A DNA stretch of 56,288 bases, filler included, from Basidioascus undulatus (Eukaryota): assembly GCA_000826855.1 (NCBI GenBank). It is 6 parts of 6 records of this genome, joined end to end, with 100 filler letters (N's around TTAATTAATTAA, not from the genome) between each part and the next. Parts side by side here need not be neighbours in the genome. Positions count along the whole stretch, not along the records: positions 1 to 9,318 come from JTLS01001264.1; positions 9,419 to 18,728 come from JTLS01001265.1; 4 more parts are not named here. One strand, written 5' to 3'. Below the pieces are notes generated by a model. The model saw only the letters and a list, made by a program, of their open reading frames with translations, was not told the DNA's origin and searched no databases. Numbering within the stretch: the stretch's first letter is position 1; every line of letters begins with the position of its first letter. Positions 1 to 11,606 of the stretch are shown piece after piece. The position numbers and the translations under genes were made by a program.

Positions 1-931
1 CGGAGGACGTCAGGAGAGAGTGCGAGGCTTTGCAGAGCGTCGAGGAGGAGGAGGAGGAGGAGAGGATTTGTTCGACGTCTCCCCGCGCGCCGATCTCAGC
101 GAGGTGCCGCAGCGGCCAGTACTCGCTGACCTGAGCGACCCATCTCATCCTCCTCAACGCGCGCTCCGTGCCATCCTCCTCCTCCCGTGTCCCCTCCCCG
201 AGCTGGCGCACCGGCTCATTGAGCGGGGTGCCCACCTCCTCGACCCGCGCGGTCGGATCCTCAGGCGCAGGCGTGCTCGGATCGTCCCAAGTCCGCGCGC
301 GCTCGCGGAGGCGCCCCACGGCGGTGACTGCGTCCCCTACGTCCGCGGGGAGGGCGGCGATGATCTCCCGCTTGAGGCGCGATGCGAGACGGCACCCGCG
401 CGCGTTGGTGGTGAGCGCTAGCTGAAGTGGGGAGGCCGGGGCGGAGGGAGAGGAGGAGGAAGGGAAGCGGTGTGTGGTGGGGAACGAGAAGTCGCACAGC
501 CAAGGGTGGTCCGCTACGTTGAGGGGCACCCTCATCCTCCTACACAGCGCGTGCAAGCGCGCAGCGCTCTCGAACGACCTTTGCCCGCCTTCCAAGTCGA
601 GCAGCGTGTCCGTCACGCACACCAACACAACTTCCCCTTCCCGCTTGCTTATCTCCTGTTCCACCGCCCGCTCCTCCTCCCCGGCCGCGCAGTCGCGCCA
701 CTCCACCTCTCCGTGGGAGACGCGGTAGCGCAGCTCGTCGCATGCGGAGGAGAGCGACGGCGCGAGGATGAGCACCCGCGCGTCGGCGTCGAGGGCGGTG
801 TAGGCCCGGGTGGCGGCGAGGCGGGACGAGCCGAGGATGAGGATCGTGCGGCTGCGCGGGTGGAAGGACAGCTGGAGGGACGCCCCACCTGAGGGGGTCC
901 GGTAGGGGGAGGGGACGGGGGTCGTGGCCAT
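1..931 (-). CDS. MET1: Uroporphyrinogen-III C-methyltransferase (siroheme synthesis), N-terminal part; runs off the window edge
   Basis: Open frame from ATG at 931, missing from the ORF track because it has no stop. It reads MATTPVPSPY...ILILGSSRLAATRAYTALDA...RVPLNVADHPWLCDFSFP...LQLALTTNARGCRLASRLKREI...RRMRWVAQVSEYWPL, motifs typical of the fungal Met1 N-terminal region. Confidence 0.85.
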   Translation of the reverse strand, partial: MATTPVPSPYRTPSGGASLQLSFHPRSRTILILGSSRLAATRAYTALDADARVLILAPSLSSACDELRYRVSHGEVEWRDCAAGEEERAVEQEISKREGEVVLVCVTDTLLDLEGGQRSFESAARLHALCRRMRVPLNVADHPWLCDFSFPTTHRFPSSSSPSAPASPLQLALTTNARGCRLASRLKREIIAALPADVGDAVTAVGRLRERARTWDDPSTPAPEDPTARVEEVGTPLNEPVRQLGEGTREEEDGTERALRRMRWVAQVSEYWPLRHLAEIGARGDVEQILSSSSSSSTLCKASHSLLTSS

Positions 932-1049
932 CCGGGTAGTGGTGATCGGGAGCAAGAGGGAGGAAGGGAGGAGAGATAAGGCACCGAGCCCAAGAGCAGC
1001 AAGGCAAACAGACCGTCTTCTCGCTTGCGTGCGACTTTCGGTATTTAGT

Positions 1050-1071
1050 ATCACGTGACCCGTCACGTGAC
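1050..1071. promoter_or_regulatory. Tandem RTCACGTGAC E-boxes (Cbf1/bHLH-type) upstream of MET1
   Basis: ATCACGTGAC at 1050-1059 and GTCACGTGAC at 1062-1071, about 120-140 bp upstream of the MET1 ATG. Confidence 0.6.
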
Positions 1072-1708
1072 CGTCGATCATGAGTAAGGCGGCCACTCAC
1101 TGCTGCCTTGTTATCTCCTTATCTCGCTGTCAGATTCACTTGTCGCAGCAGCAAATCCCTTATGAAGATACAAGCCAGGCGCATCAAGGCTTCTAGAACT
1201 CATTCAATTGGATAGAGTGAGCTAGCATGAACAGCCGAAGAGCGAGTAAACAGCCAATCGCAGTGTCCGGCATCGTCCAGTTAGTTCATCCCTCTGTCAC
1301 GTCGGGAATCCAACGACTTGCTGTGGACCTGTAAGTAGAGCTCCCAACATACTTTGTAAGCAATTATTCGTCACTAAATGTCCATACACGGAGCGAAGGC
1401 GCAAACAGATGAAACACTGGGTGCTTACGTCCCGATCTCCCACCCGCCTGCCCGTGTCTTCCGTCGTCGGGCCGGCGCCGGGAGCTCGCAGCTCAAGCTC
1501 GCACATCGTTGCACCGTTTACAGCGTTGCACCGTCCCACCGTTGCTGTGCTTCTGCTCGTCACATTCCGTTCTCGACACGCCCGCTTTCAGGGCTTCTCA
1601 TCTCACTGACTTTTCTACTCTCATTGAACTGAACTCGTCTCGCCGACCTTTGTCCCACCCTCATCTCCTTCTCGTCCTCATCTCCCCCCATCTCCAACCT
1701 CCTCGACC

Positions 1709-3470
1709 ATGCCTCCCCCAGGCGTCAACGCCGCCCGCCTGGCACGAGAGCGCGCCGCGGCCGGATCCAAATCCAAATCCATCTCCGGCAACTCCGCCTC
1801 CTCGGCCCACCCGCCGCACACCCCCACCCCCACCGGACCCTCGAGGAAGCGCGCGCGCCGGTTCGAGCGGAGCCCGAGCCTGGGCGCCCCTCCTCAGGCA
1901 AGCGGGAGCGGGAGGCGCGCGCGGAGCCCGAGCCTCGGCACCCCGGAGGCGAGCGGGAGCGGGGTTGCGAAGGGGAAGGGCAAGGGAAAGGAGAAGGAGA
2001 GGACGACTTTGAGGCGCAAATCGACTGTCTCGATCCCTACGCGCAGGAGGGACGTCGAGATCGAGTGGACGCGGCACGGGATGGAGGTCGACCCTGGTGC
2101 GGTGACCGACAAGTCGTTCCACTGGGTGTGGAGGAACTTGGACTGCGTCGGTGCGTCTTCCCCCTTCTCCTCCTTCCCTTGCCTCTCCCCCTCCACGACC
2201 TCTCTGTGTTTCTTGCTCCTTCGTCTCGAGACAGAGGCGGGAGGTCTGACGAGAAGGCGCTGGGGGCCGGAACAGACTACAAAGGCGAGCACCTCGAGCG
2301 CGGCGACCACGTGTACGTCTTTCCCGAGAACGGCCGCGGTGGGCGCAGGGAGAACGTGGCGGACGAGGACATGTGGGTCGCGAAGGTCGAGCGCATCAAG
2401 GGGAACCCTACCGACGATGCGGAGGAGGACGAGGTGAGTCTCTAGCTCACTCTCACGCCTCATTCCTCTCGCCGAGATAGAAGACGGCTGATGATGTCAG
2501 GACGCAGGTGTACTTGAAGGTGCGGTACTACCTGTGCGTCTTGCGTTCTCCCGTCTCATTTCCCTCTCGTTCCGGCGGCTGATGCTGTATGGGCCGAACC
2601 CAGGCGCGAATTGGACCTCAAGTGCATTAGCCAGAATACGTGCGCCCCTCCTCTCCCCTCATGGAAAGAAAAGAAAAAAAGACCAGCACTGACCGGATCT
2701 TGTTTTGATCCGGGCAGGAGGAACGAGTGCGGCCCGTACGAGCTCTTCCCGCACTTTACCCAGACGGCCATCATCCACCTGACGTGCGTGGAATGTGCGT
2801 GATCGCTTTCCATCTCTCTCTCCTCCCGTCCTTCCCACCTCTTTACTTAGGATGTTCTCTTTAATTTGATTACTAACTCCACCTGCGGGGACCCAACAGC
2901 TAAGATCCCGCCCATCCCGTACTTTGACGAGGCGGACGAGGAGCAGTACCCGCTCGGGCCAGAGGACTGGTACTGGCGGTGTGTCTCCCTCTTCCCCTCA
3001 TTCTCAACTCTCCCCCTTTTCCGACCTCCCTTGCTCCTACCGCTCGCGGAAGAGGCTAAAGACGACGCGTCCGCCTTCAACTTCACAGGCACAGCTACGT
3101 GATCCTTCCGGGCAGCAAAGCGCCTGTCCTGCGCGAGCGCGGGGCGGAGCGCGACCCCTCGCGCGTGCCGCGCCGGCAGAAGTCGACGGACTACAGGGGA
3201 CGCGCGTACGCGCCGTGGTGGGACGTCCAGGCGTATTGCCCGCACTGCAAGGTGCCCTCGCGTGCGCTGGGTCCTCTCGTTTCGCGGTGGCTGACTTGGT
3301 GCTGTGGTTATGGAGGATAGGCGTGGCACGCCCTGGCGGGGCTCAAGGAGCACCACCGCCGCCCGGAGAGGGCGCAGGACAAGTACGCGCTCGAACTGTC
3401 CTTCACGGACGCGTCGAGCTACACCGACCACCGCGCCGGCAAAGGCAAAGGCAAAGGTCGCGCCTCCTCT
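1709..3470 (+). CDS. BAH-domain chromatin protein with a degenerate PHD-like segment; multi-exon, 3' end uncertain
   Basis: Spliced reading: ...DYKGEHLERGDHVYV...DMWVAKVERI...VYLKVRYYL...CGPYELFPH...IPYFDE...DWYWRHSY...RAYAPWWDVQAYCPHCK|AWHALAGL, with GT..AG introns. The frame loses coding character near 3470. Confidence 0.6.
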
Positions 3471-4162
3471 CGCCGCCCCTCCCCGCCGCCGCACCCCCTC
3501 CACCGCCACCGCAACCGACCTTCGCCGTCCCGAGCGCCAAGACCGAGCTCCCTCCTTCCCCATCCAACTCGCTCGAAGCCGAGCCCGTCGACGAGCTCCC
3601 ACAGCCGGCACCAGAGCGGCCGCTGACGCAGCGCGAGTCAGTCGCGAGCGTGTACAACGAGGACGACTACGGTCTACCGCACCCGGCTGCCCCCGCTGTC
3701 CCCTCTCCGCCCGAGATCAAAGTCCAGCGCGCATCGACGGCCACCTTCCAAGAGCGGGACCTGCCGAGCCCGCCGCCCGAAGGCGTCGACGAGGAGGACG
3801 AGGGCTACGCGACGCCGCGGGGCGGGGGCAGCGGCAGCCCCGGCTCGGGCTCGCGCACGCCGAGCCCGTCCGGCCCGCCCAACATCCCTAGCAGGGTGGC
3901 CAGCATGGTGAACGCGATCGAGACGCGCAACAGGGGCGAGAGGGAACCCGTCGCGGTACCCGTCGTCCCGCGATATGAGCATGGTGCGTGAGAGGAGGAG
4001 CATGAGACAGGGAGAGGAGAGCAGATGCTGATGAGGCTTGTGGTCGGTGCTCTGGGGGTGGACGCGGCGCGCGCAGGACAACCGCTTGAGGGCCTGCTTG
4101 AGGAGGACGAGGACGTTGCGTCGATCTTGTCCAGCCCGAGGCAGAGCGTCGTCTCTTCGTGA
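3470..4162 (+). CDS. C-terminal part of a Pro/Ser-rich protein, out of frame with the upstream BAH gene
   Basis: Reads PPPPPQPTFAVPSAKTELPP...SRVASMVNAIETRN...YEH, then an intron GTGCGT..GCTGAT..CAG (~3985-4076), then GQPLEGLLEEDEDVASILSSPRQSVVSS with stop at 4160-4162. Confidence 0.5.
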
Positions 4163-5038
4163 ACCGCGCTTCTTCGCCCCTCTCCGCTTTTCCAGCAATC
4201 TCAACCACCGCCTCCGTCTTTCCCTCTCGGTCCTTACGCGTTACTTACCCACCACACATACCCATTCCTTGCATTTCCCCACACCCCCCGCTTCCTCTTC
4301 CAGCCACACCCATTCACAATCCCCGCTTCCTCTTCAGCATGTGCATCCGCAGTCTTTCTTCTAACTCTCTTTCGTCTTTCACGTGCCTCTCTTACTCTAC
4401 CTTTCTCCATCGACTCACACACGGCATCCCGTCCTTTCGCGATCTCTAGTCTTTACCCATGTCACTTTACGCAACTATACCAGCCAGCCACCATCATTAA
4501 CTCACCTACTCTTCTATGTTTTTTTTTTGGACTTGCAGTACACCTGAAAATGTCGAAGAAGATCTCGCCGAGCAGTTTCATACAACCATGGTTCATTCGT
4601 GTCCATGGGTCAGCGTGTCGGCTCTTAGCGGAAAACTCGTCTCATGCACATTTTCCAAGGAACAGGGCGGGGCTTTTTTCGCGAGGGCTTTTTCGCGAGG
4701 GCGTGAGCTGCTTCAAAGCGATACCGCCGATACCAATACACGAGGGCGCGAGAGACCTGTATTGCTGTGTTGGCGTTTGGAAGCAGTCGGACCCCGGGTA
4801 CTCTGCGGTCTGCCTCTTTTCGAGGTATCACCGAGTTGTGACTTATTGTTGAAGAAGATCTAATCCAGTTATTAATCCCCAGAAGTAAATGGCAGACGCG
4901 TCCATCACATTGTACACGTAAGGATCAGGATGGCAGTGGAGGCGGACGGCGGACGGCGCTGACAGTACCTTCACATCGAGGGTGTCATCCGCCTGTTCCT
5001 CGCTATAAAGCAGAACCTTTTGCTGAGGATTTTTCTCC

Positions 5039-7814
5039 ATGATTTCTGAAATTGCACTCCTTACGCTTGCGCTTCAGAGCCTATTCACGACGATGGATAA
5101 GACGGCCGCCAACGTCGCGCCCGCTTCGGACGCTGCGCTCTTTGTAAGCAATCTTACGACTATGTACGGTGATCTTGGACCGGACGAATCGGGATGTTCT
5201 GACATCTTTGTACCCATGACAGGTGGTTGTCGGTGGAGGACAAGGGACTTGCGTTGGCGACTCGGCTCGTGAGGATGGCAAGTTTACTGTGGGTGTGTTG
5301 GAGGCCGGCGCGAGGTACTGTCCGCTTGTCTCTTTGAACAACTTGCACCTCAGGTGGATAATTCCTCCGTATTTCCAGCGCTGAAGACGTTCCCATCATC
5401 GAGCACCCCGCGGTCTTCAACGCCGGCGTCAGCTCGACTTACGACTGGCTTTTCTTGTCACGCAACCGCAGCACTCGACAACGTCCCCGCCTCGTTCTGG
5501 CCTCGCGGAAAGGTCCTCGGCGGGTCGAGCGATAAATTTCTTCGTCTACAACCGTCCGGCCAAGGTCGAGATTGACGCTTGGGAGAAACTGGGCAATCCG
5601 GGCTGGAACTGGGAGAGCTTGCTAGACTAGTACGTTCATGCTCAAGCTGCCCCCATGATATACGTATGAGAAATGAAAAATTATGGTAACAGCATAAAGA
5701 AGGCCGAGAACTTCATGCCGCCTAGGGCAGACTACCTCGCCAGCATGCACCTTGCCGAGGCGCGCAGTGTCAACGCATCGTTTACGGTAATGGAGGCCCA
5801 ATCGACGTCTCCTTCCCAGAGAAGGTTTCCACCCAAGCCAGGCGAGGGTTTCCGGCTCTTGAGGAGCTCGGTGTAAACGTCAGTCCTGATGTGCGCCATC
5901 GTTCACTGCTTGGACCCAACGGGAATGAATGCAGCACTCGCCGCACAGTCCAACAGCGGCCGCAACATCGGTGCCAACTTGACGCCTCGCACGGTCAATC
6001 CGTCGGACTGTTCTCGCTCGTAGTGAGCCTCAAGTGCCCTCGGGTTCGCTGTTGTATTCCTTACACGGCCTCTCTACCACTCTCTGGCTACTACGGCCGC
6101 GCCAGCACCTGCCCTGCCGTTCTGGCCTCTGCGCACGTCACTCGCCTGACGTTCTTGATTGATTTGACTTCACTCCTCGCGGCCGGAGCTGACTTGATCA
6201 ACAACAATGAGACATACCACGTGTATGGCAGCCGAAAGGTCATTCTCGCTGCTGGTGCCTTCGGGACGCCGCAGATCTTGGAGCTGAGCGGCATTGGACA
6301 AAAGGAGTCCTCGAGAGGTGAGGCGCTCGCAACTACACCATATTTGAAACCCACTGAGGGTCCTGAAATAGAGCTGGAATAGCTGTTCTGCTCGAGCTGC
6401 AAGGCGTTGGTATGAACCTCCAAGATCATACGGGAATGACAGTGCATAACGTTTTGGTCACTGTCTGTCCAAACCTGTCACTCAACCAGGGAAACCGCTT
6501 CAGGCAGTCTATGATGTGTCCTGGCCTGAGCCCTACATGTAATTGCTCAACTTCCCCTCACCTTCTTAAAATGAACTGACGTGTGTTGCCAGCACTCCTG
6601 ACCTTGCCGAAGGCGTGACCACCATCGCGTATCTTCCTCTCTCGACTTTCACTTCCTCCGAGAGAGAAGCTTCTCTTTACCACCTGGCAAAGTACTGGGT
6701 CGAGGGCCGCAAAGACTCGCCGCATTACAATTAATGGCAGATTCAGCTCGGTTACCAGCGTGAGCACAAGGAGGAGGTGGCTCAGATGGAGTTTATCGCT
6801 GCGTTCTGGTCAAGTCTTCCGCAAACCGACAGTGTATACTAATCAATCCTGCTATTGAAAAGGAGCGGACGCCTTCTTTGCATTTAGCAAAGCACCTCCC
6901 GCAGACATGGTCAACAAGAGCTTATGTCACGCTGCAGTCAGTCAACCAACACCCGTTCGCCAGGGGCAGCATCCAAATGAACAGGTAAAAATAATTCCAT
7001 TCATACTCGGGACAGTAATGTCGAAGTAGTCCTGGAAGATCAGCTCCAACCCGGTCGTGTACCCGATCATCAAGTCCGAGTACTGGACGAACGAGTTTGA
7101 CGCGGCCCTGCAGACTGCGGGAACGAAATGTACGTTTTAGAAGGGATAATTACCTCTAAAGTTTGAATATTCTTCTTCATAATATGCCACATTGCCGGCT
7201 TCACAGACCCGAGAGCAATTGCCGGCACGACTCCTTACAGTCAAGCAATCGAGGTTGTGCCCGGGACCGTTGTGCAGACCGACGAAGAGTGGGAGGCGTA
7301 CTGGAAGGTATGCCGCTTTTTTTTTGACATCATGAAAGTTTTTATGCACCTTGCAGCACACTGACATCCGCATATTCAGTCCGGTCACTTCAGCACAGAG
7401 TTTCGTGAGTGTCAGCCATCTGCCTCAAAGGAAACCGCACCCCTCATCCGAAGCATTTCAGATTCCATTGGAACCGCGTGCATGCTTCCGTTGAACAATC
7501 GAGGGTGTGGTCAGCCCCGAGCTAAAGGTGTACGGCACTCGCAACCTCCGAGTTGTCAGTGTTCACTTCCGCTTGCACACTGTCACCGCCGCAGGTCACT
7601 CACTGTCGCTCCGGTTTCGCAGGTCGGCGCGAGCATCATCCCACTCCACGTATCCGCCCACATCCAGTCGTTGGTCTGTGGATTGCGGAGAAGGTGCGCG
7701 CCAATCGCATCAAAAGTCGGGAGGTCGTTTGTTCACTGCTGGCGGTTATGTGGTCGGCGGATAGGCTGCCGACCTCATCAAGGCAGCGCAGGGGTCTCTA
7801 CTGAAGGGGACTGA
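5039..7814 (+). pseudogene. GMC oxidoreductase (AA3-type) pseudogene
   Basis: Signal-peptide-like start, then ordered motifs across shifting frames: VVVGGG / GLALATRL / EDGKFTVGVLEAG, WPRGKVLGGSS, AWEKLGNPGWNW, VILAAGAFGTPQILELSGIG, HPFARGSI, IGTACMLP, VSPELKVYGTRNLRVV, ASIIP. Multiple frameshifts and stops. Confidence 0.85.
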
Positions 7815-7931
7815 TAAACTGGAACTTTTAATTTGGTTACTTCGAAGTGTACCATGAATTGTCTGAACGTGATAGTGTACTTAACTGGTATTTTAACGCT
7901 CTTTAATTTTCAATGATTTAAAAAATCACAA

Positions 7932-8029
7932 GCTTCCTTGGCGAAGTTGGTATCGCAGTGGTCTCATAGAAATATGACCTCATTCAGAGGGGAATCCAAA
8001 GGTCGCCAGTTCGAGCCTGGCAGGGAGCA
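7932..8029 (+). tRNA. tRNA-Met(CAT), elongator type, with ~25-nt intron
   Basis: Acceptor stem GCTTCCT/AGGGAGC, D stem GCGA/TCGC, CT-CAT-A followed by an intron partly complementary to the anticodon (ATGACC), T arm GCCAG-TTCGAGC-CTGGC, discriminator A. Confidence 0.85.
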
Positions 8030-9318
8030 ATGATTCTAATGTATTTACATTTTACAGTTCGTTTGCCCTCCTTGAAGGCGGGCGAGTCGGTCTTTTGGTG
8101 GGTCACAAGAGTGGGAAAATTTGACGAGGGGCTTGGGAGGCATGAACCTGTCGTCGTCTTCAGATAGAGGGTGCCGGGGAGTTGTTGGTTTCAGAGGGAG
8201 GAACGGGAGAGAAACCTACGTCTCTGCAGCGCGCAAAGTCACAGGGCAGGTATGATCTCCCCTTGTCCTCAAGCGCTCATTGGCACGACCTCTTTCTTAA
8301 CCATCCCACCCTCCCTACAACTCTGGCACCTTGTCGCTGCGCTGTGCGGGGTTCAGCTCGCTTTCTTGCCACGGCGGCTGTTCTCCCCTCACAGCTAACG
8401 ACTCGCGCCCAGGGCACAGGCCTCCCTCCGGCCTGTTCCCTCTCCCCTTACGTGGCGAATCTGTTCCCAGCACTGCGTAAGAAAACGGATTCAACATGAT
8501 GCGGAGTCACTGATTCCCGGTTTTAAATGGCAATTGCCTAGCACCCGCTGAAGACACAGTAAGCAGCAAAGATCTGCAGAAAACTGTATTTTTGCATATA
8601 AAATACGTATGTGAGAAATTTGGGAGGTAAATACTGCTTGAATGCAGGTATTGTGTCAGCTAGTGCGCAGGCGCTGCCGCAAAGTGGAAAGGTTGACCGA
8701 GGGGCAGGATGAGCCTTGCAGGGAGTATTGTTTTTGCAGTTTAAGCAATATCTTGGACTTTATGTTGAAGCGGGACAGTTCTCGGTGAAAATTAAATGGC
8801 GGAGCCCCCAGCAAGCCACGTCAAGCCGGGAGTGAGGCAGTTTGGCAGTAGTTCCCCTAAATTTTACTTATCCAATGCCCAACTCTTTGTACCATTTAGG
8901 AAAGAATATGCGAGTAGGTGAGGCGGCTCAAAACGCGCACTCGTTGCATTCGGTGCGCTGTTCCGCAAGTATTCTCGTCGATCAACAAGCGTTTCTTTCA
9001 ACATGCATTCTTTTAGTGGAATTTTCAAAGGGATATTTTTTGACAGGACTTATTCTTGAAGTTAGTAGTGATTCAGCGCAGCCTACAAAAATGCAAAGCA
9101 CGCAACTCACAGCTGCCGCGCAAATTGCATCGCTTGAATTAAACATTGAGGTAGAGCAATCCTGACATATGAGCTGAGAGCAGTCAATATGCCGTTCCGA
9201 CATGCATGGGACGTCGCAGTGCATGAATCGAAGATACAGTGACTGGGAATTTTTTGGTGTCGTCAGAGGCCCACAGGAATTGAATTGGGGGGGTAGGGTG
9301 CCTTGCAGGTGCCTTGAC

Positions 9319-9418
9319 NNNNNNNNNNNNNNNNNNNNNNNNNNNNNNNNNNNNNNNNNNNNTTAATTAATTAANNNNNNNNNNNNNNNNNNNNNNNNNN
9401 NNNNNNNNNNNNNNNNNN
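9319..9418. other. Artificial contig spacer
   Basis: 44 N + TTAATTAATTAA (stops in all frames) + 44 N. Confidence 0.98.
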
Positions 9419-9427
9419 TATTCGAGT

Positions 9428-9608
9428 GAAAGGGGGAGTGTTCATGAAAGGATGGCATGAAAGGACTGCGAGCCACTAAGCGATGAAAGGGTTCAGCGAC
9501 GAAAGGAGGTGTCAACCGTCAAAGTGGTGTCAAAGGCTAGATCGTCCTCTCAATCTCCAACAATTACCAATTTTGTAATTCCATACTCCTTCCTCCTTCT
9601 TACCAACA
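9428..9608 (+). mobile_element. Putative Ty1/copia-like polypurine tract plus 3' LTR remnant
   Basis: GAAAGGGGGAG directly followed by TGTT at 9439; a ~170-bp segment closes with AACA at 9608. It lies at a contig start in lower-GC non-coding DNA. Confidence 0.4.
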
Positions 9609-10575
9609 TGCTATCCTTCGTTTGAGCCAGACGGGGCCTTCGGAGGCGAGGATCCTGAAAGCGGGTAATTGGTGGAAAATCCCTGCATGTATACCCTGTC
9701 AAACCAACTGCCTTCCAACAGCAAAGCTGTCTGTCTGTTCGTTGTGTTCAGAGATCTACTGCACAATCCTACAGACAGTCTGGCTGAGACTACATTCCAC
9801 ACTCAAGGTGGTTTCATACAATAGTTTGTCTACGCCATACTGACTCCTCAGTTGAAGATTCAGCAACTCCTCAAGTCGACAAACTGTGTGAATGCGTCCA
9901 CACTGCAGTTGTGCATTATCTGGGGCTGTCAAGCGTAGGAAGCAATGAATCATATTGAGGCTTCTCGGAAGATAAATGACAAGGCAACTGATAAGGAGTG
10001 GGTACTGTCTGAAGTTGTGTGACAGTCCCACCATGCATGTCCACACGCACTTATGTCAGTCCCTTTTATCACTTCCACTATCACCATCATCTTCGTAGCC
10101 CCCTTTACCCTGGATCCATCTCATTACTCATACACCACACTATGCTACATGAATACTCTAACCCGTGCCACACTCTACACCTTCAAGCTCAGGCTGCCTC
10201 TTCACTCTGTCACTCAGTTGAACACAATCTCACTCAGTCTGCCGCATCCGGTTCTTCAAATAGCTCACATACGTATTTGACTAAGAATTTCATCTTCTTG
10301 CGGTGAGGGGAATGGGTCTGGAGCTTGTGGGATACAGTGTTGGACAGGAGCAGGCGAACATGTTGCACTCAGACGGCGTGGACAACGGGGACATGCTAAT
10401 ACGTACCAAGTGAAAGACAAGGCCCTAAGAATAAGGCCCTAAGAATAATTTCCCAGGTATTTTACCACCGGGATTGTCACACGGGGTGCAGGTTGGAACT
10501 GACGAACTTCTGGGGCTCCATCGCAAATATATTGCGGCACACCTTTTACACGGTGTTGTTTCCGCAGCCTTGCTT

Positions 10576-10734
10576 TGTTAAGGACTGGTCTTATACAGCT
10601 TCCTGAAGTCTGATCATAAAAAACATGAGAAACTGTCTACACTTCAAGTATTTTACTTAGCCTATAATCCTCTCATGGCTAGCAGTCACGGCAGCGACAA
10701 CTTCAGTGGGCCGATATCGGAACGCACTCCCCCC
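10576..10734 (-). mobile_element. Second putative PPT plus short LTR remnant, inverted
   Basis: Minus strand reads GGGGGGAG-TG (10726) ... TTAACA (10576). Its junction CGAGTGGGGGGAGTGCGTTC resembles CGAGTGAAAGGGGGAGTGTTC at 9423-9443. Confidence 0.3.
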
Positions 10735-11606
10735 ACTCGCAGGGAGCCTTTGCCTACTCTTCACCTTCAAGCTCCTTATTTCAACTCTTATTGAAACAAT
10801 TTAAAAAGTTCAGTGCTATGTTCAAGTTATGATCCCAGGCAGTCCCTCCTCACACACGCCAGGTCAAGACTCTTCGGTGCCCGTTGCCCTGCTCGTGCAA
10901 GAAAGACTCAAATGCAAGAAGTACACAAGAGTTCCTGCTTCATTGGGATACCCTCAGACTCAGAGTCGAGCACAGCCTATCCGGGCACGAACCCACGCAT
11001 GCACCGCTCATCCCTCTCGCCAGAAGCGTGCTCCCTACCATCTCCACACCCCACCGGCTCATGCCGTTGACACGATTATCAGTGCATGTACTTCAGATTA
11101 CTTTATCTATACCTAGATCTCAGTCAAGACACATGGCAACGAGAGACGACAGACATGAGTCTATGGGCGGCAGGCACTGCGTTTCGGCACCCACCTCGTC
11201 CCAAACGCCCAAAACCTACATACCGCGACCCACATTGCGCATGCCCAACGACTTCCACAAACCCGAGCGATACAGCCCAGCCCAGCACAACCGCCATCTG
11301 CGAACGACTTTATCCATCCCCTGGCATCCCTGTCGCACAGCTCACACATCCGTCCGAAAGCTTTCATTGACTTCCTGCAATCCCTGATAGCCAATGCTCT
11401 TCGAGATGCATCTCAACTTACCGTGTGCAGCCCACAGCTTGCCAGGCCCCTCTCATCTGCTGCACGTAGCACACGCCCCCCCACACGCACTTCCCACGCT
11501 CAAGTCTCAATTCAAATGGGTATATGCTTCATGCTTCAAATTAGGCATAGTCGAAAGTCGAAAGTCGAAAGAAAAGCAGGGTGATCCCTCATGCCTGTAC
11601 GCGCGC

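Noticed and set aside
4669..4702. GGGCTTTTT(T)CGCGA tandem repeat as an array or operator
   Set aside because: Only two adjacent copies and no associated gene; compatible with a slippage duplication.
8030..8100. tRNA-snoRNA dicistron downstream of tRNA-Met
   Set aside because: No proper RTGATGA/CTGA boxes, and a T4 run at ~8050 can terminate Pol III.
9363..9374. TTAATTAATTAA recurring every ~9.4 kb as a biological repeat
   Set aside because: It is always embedded in 44+44 N and is a synthetic six-frame-stop linker.
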